Part shown: one piece after another, positions 60,261 to 64,000 of the stretch
Position numbering within the stretch: position 1 is the stretch's first letter
How the letters are laid out: each line of letters starts with the position of its first letter
Assembly (NCBI GenBank): GCA_044892525.1
Contig: CM097887.1
Coordinates: 103,146,397-103,210,396, forward strand
Length of the DNA: 64,000 bases
Direction: 5' to 3'
From: Schmidtea polychroa
Lineage: Eukaryota
Made by a program: the position numbers and the translations under genes
Notes under the pieces: model-generated
Seen by the model: only the letters and a program-made list of their open reading frames with translations
The model's database searches: none
What the model was told of the DNA's origin: nothing

Positions 60261-61760
60261 TAGATGAATACAAACTCTACATTTTTTGATCATGAAAGAC
60301 TGTAGAAGAGACCTTAATTTTGAGCAGTTAAAGATTATGAATATATAAAGTAAACAAGAGTTCAGTTAAGACATGACAAAAATTAAATTTATTATTAATA
60401 GTACGCTACAAAATAGTTTAAGCAAAAAGTAAACGGAAGTCAGTTTTTGTTTGAAGATAATCAGAAAATAGGCAAACAATATAAAAAGTAATACTGACTA
60501 TCAAAAATTAATAAAAAAGTTTAGGATACACAATTTAATGTGAAATATCAAAATAGCAATACAATTCATCTAGAATTTCAAGTTAATTATAAAGTACTGA
60601 TTAAATTGATAACAAGACAAAATAAAAATATGTTTCATGGAACATTTGAAATGGATGAAGAAATTTTACGATGAAAGTTATATAAAAAGGATTGAAAAGA
60701 AAAATTATTCCCTGAATTTTAGAATGACTTATATGTTTAAAACAAAGAGAATTTAGGTATCAACTTGGATATTATTTACTAATAAATTAAATTGCTAAAT
60801 AAGTAAACGTTATATTTTTGACTTTTTAATCATTAATTAAATAATAAAAAACAAACTACTTGAACAATTTAAATATATAAATATTAATAATTTNNNNNNN
60901 NNNNNNNNNNNNNNNNNNNNNNNNNNNNNNNNNNNNNNNNNNNNNNNNNNNNNNNNNNNNNNNNNNNNNNNNNNNNNNNNNNNNNNNNNNNNNNNNNNNN
61001 NNNNNNNNNNNNNNNNNNNNNNNNNNNNNNNNNNNNNNNAAAAAAAACATCGATATATTTACTGATTTATGGTCAAAAAATTTTCTAATAAATACTATGT
61101 CAATTGAAAAGATATCAGAGGTAAAAATTGATAAAAGATTTTATAATACAACAATAATAATAGTAATAATAATAATTAATAACAAATATTTTAATTGATG
61201 CAATTTTAAAACTATTTTTAGCGGTTCAGTTAAAACAAAGTAAATTGTAAAACAATCCTTATGGACAGTTAAAATTGAATATAAATTGAACAGTTCGTGC
61301 AAACTATTTTTCATTTCAGAACGAAAATGTTTGCAATCAGCTTTGTAAATCGACACTGAACTTAGCCAGTCAAGATTAAAAAAAGATAATATTTCAATAT
61401 TTCGTGTTGACATTTATTTAATGTCGAAAAGTCTGACAAATAACTAAAATATTACATCACAGATAATTTATATTATTCCTTCGATCAAACCGAATTATTT
61501 CCATTAGNNNNNNNNNNNNNNNNNNNNNNNNNNNNNNNNNNNNNNNNNNNNNNNNNNNNNNNNNNNNNNNNNNNNNNNNNNNNNNNNNNNNNNNNNNNNN
61601 NNNNNNNNNNNNNNNNNNNNNNNNNNNNNNNNNNNNNNNNNNNNNNNNNNNNNNAATTAATTGATTAGTTGATAATTATTTATGCAATTAATTAATTATT
61701 AATCAATTATTTCCAGACAAATAGTAACATATAACTATTAATTTATAAAATCAAACTAAC

Positions 61761-61970
61761 TTGAACACGGGACTCAGTTAAACCGATCCGAAGTGCTAAT
61801 TCTTCCCTCATAAAAATATCTGGATAATGAGTTTTGGAAAATGCTCTTTCAAGTTCATTAAGTTGAGCTGGAGTAAATCTTGTGCGATGTCGTTTTTGTT
61901 TTGCAAGTTTCCCATCTTCACTTGTTTCATCAATGTTTGAATCAATGTTGTTAATTTTCAATAACGAGGA
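61761..61970 (-). CDS. otp: Orthopedia, exon with homeodomain residues 1-46 ([46 protein letters not shown])
   Basis: Near-identical to the Otp homeodomain; tattttcAG acceptor at 61971-61972 and GTTAGT donor at 61760, the canonical paired-class intron between residues 46 and 47. Upstream exon not found. Confidence 0.97.
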
Positions 61971-62462
61971 CTGAAAATAGAAATATATTTTAATTAGTTT
62001 AAACAATTCAACAATTTTAAAATGAAAAATAAAACTACGTATTTATAGCAATAATTATTTTCTTATGAATTAATATTCATAACAAGAAATATATTTATAT
62101 GTGGAAAATTTTAAATGTTTTAGTTAATGATAATGTACACTCAGCTAAATATCTATAAAACAAGTATACTACAATACTTTGTCTAGGAAAAATTACAAAT
62201 TACTTTGCTTTACATTATATGTTGCATTTGATAGATTTTTATTATGAATGAATTTGGGCAATGAATATTATCGTAGAATAATCTAATTGAATCTTTAATT
62301 ACAGCAAATTTATTTGTTTGTATTTGTTTGTATTAAAGTGCACTAAGAAACTTGTTTTTACAATATGTTTAAAAACTATATTAATATCCATTGTTCAAAT
62401 GCATACTTAAAATTAAAAAAATTTTTAATATAATAAAAAACACAAATTGAGACATCAGTTAA

Positions 62463-62702
62463 CCCTTTCGCTGCGCATTGCTTCTTGAAATTACGAGCCC
62501 GTAACAGTTTCCGTAGAGCTTAGCATCATATAACTTCTATCAACAGACCCCATGTTTTTATTATAATCTAAAATGGAGACTGACTTCAAAATATTTTCAC
62601 CGGAGCAGCAAACTATTTTGAAACAATATGCGAATATACTCGTTTGGAGCGTATGTGGCACGGTTTTTTTAGCGATAATATACGTGCGGAGCAGCGAAAG
62701 GG
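62463..62702. mobile_element. piggyBac-like MITE (240 bp)
   Basis: TTAA|CCCTTTCGCTGC left end, perfect 12-bp inverted copy at right; right flank is CGAA plus short tandem duplications instead of TTAA. Confidence 0.75.
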
Positions 62703-63160
62703 CGAATTATAGAACATTATTATAGCGAATTATAGCGAATTATAGAACATGTCATTAAAACAAAAAACAACGAAAATTTAAATATTTAAAATTCATATAT
62801 TTAAATAAAATGTGGAATTAACTTTAATCATATTTCTTTAAAAATGAGTTTAATAATGCATTTTCTTTTATTCATTATAAATTTTCTCAACCAAAATCTA
62901 ATTTAGATAATAGTGCCCTTTAAAGTATAAGATTAACTTATTTTTGCTATTTTTCTACATTTTCTCTCAAAAAGTTTGATTGATTTTTAAATTTTGTTAC
63001 TTTTTTGAAAGTAACAGATGATACTTTTCAATAACATTTACTCTATTTTTGTAGGGAAGTACTCATGTGATGGCGTCTCAAAATACCACATTGACAGACT
63101 AATTTTAACTTAAATATCACGCTTTAAAAATGTTGAATTATAGGATGCTGTATTGAAATT

Positions 63161-63162
<2 letters not shown>

Positions 63163-63208
<46 letters not shown>
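63163..63208. repeat. (TA)n microsatellite
   Basis: Perfect TA run of ~23 units. Confidence 0.95.
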
Positions 63209-63209
<1 letters not shown>

Positions 63210-64000
63210 CAAGCAAATTATTACTATAATTACATTTATTTAATCATATATCTAATATCTTAACAAAATGCAGTGTCTAGAGTTCCTAATTAACAATTTC
63301 CGTGTTTATAATTAAATTTGTAGACAATATACATTTTTCAGTTGAAAAGGAATTTGGAATAACTGCCCATTTTTTACATTTTAAAAATTTCTTTATATAA
63401 TTCAGGGAATTGTTATAATAACAATTATTATTATTAAAATTGAAACTTCATAATTCGAAGAACATTTGAATATAAATATTAGTTATTTTTGAATTTNNNN
63501 NNNNNNNNNNNNNNNNNNNNNNNNNNNNNNNNNNNNNNNNNNNNNNNNNNNNNNNNNNNNNNNNNNNNNNNNNNNNNNNNNNNNNNNNNNNNNNNNNNNN
63601 NNNNNNNNNNNNNNNNNNNNNNNNNNNNNNNNNNNNNNNNNNNNNNNNNNNNNNNNNNNNNNNNNNNNNNNNNNNNNNNNNNNNNNNNNNNNNNNNNNNN
63701 NNNNNNNNNNNNNNNNNNNNNNNNNNNNNNNNNNNNNNNNNNNNNNNNNNNNNNNNNNNNNNNNNNNNNNNNNNNNNNNNNNNNNNNNNNNNNNNNNNNN
63801 NNNNNNNNNNNNNNNNNNNNNNNNNNNNNNNNNNNNNNNNNNNNNNNNNNNNNNNNNNNNNNNNNNNNNNNNNNNNNNNNNNNNNNNNNNNNNNNNNNNN
63901 NNNNNNNNNNNNNNNNNNNNNNNNNNNNNNNNNNNNNNNNNNNNNNNNNNNATAATTTATTAGATAATTTTAGTTAAATAAAAATTGTTGCTTGCCAATC

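Noticed and set aside
62000-63490. Search for the first otp coding exon
   Set aside because: No ATG-containing phase-0 exon with a credible donor found; it probably lies in the terminal gap or beyond the window.

Overview
AT-rich eukaryotic (animal) draft-assembly window with 11 N-gaps, dominated by transposon debris. Host genes supported by the sequence: (1) orthopedia (otp) on the minus strand, three exons recovered (61970-61761, 51977-51752, 49766-49297), 5' exon not found, no OAR motif seen; (2) a C22orf39/UPF0545 (PANTS-like) gene with a 41-nt intron and a C-terminal CaaX box; (3) an intronless four-RRM nucleolin-like ORF; plus two orphan candidates (15138-15469 and 27100-27918). The main mobile element is an intact, young Ty3/gypsy (Mag-like) LTR retrotransposon at 22851-26958 with 122-bp LTRs, PBS, PPT, 5-bp TSD and a clear -1 frameshift signal (slippery heptamer plus predicted pseudoknot). 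Also present: six Buster-type hAT elements with nnnTAnnn target sites, a further hAT MITE, two piggyBac-like MITEs, pogo/Tigger fragments, a ~1-kb solo-LTR family, several decayed gypsy pol fragments, a decayed Rex4/ISG20-like exonuclease, a GC-rich orphan ORF cassette (7190-8372) and an unnamed dispersed repeat with a 36-nt conserved core. No rRNA, tRNA or CRISPR array was recognised. Very short introns, low GC and a conserved Otp fit a compact-genome invertebrate (e.g. an orthonectid-like parasite), but that is inference only. All coordinates were read by eye and fuzzy boundaries may be off by tens of bases.
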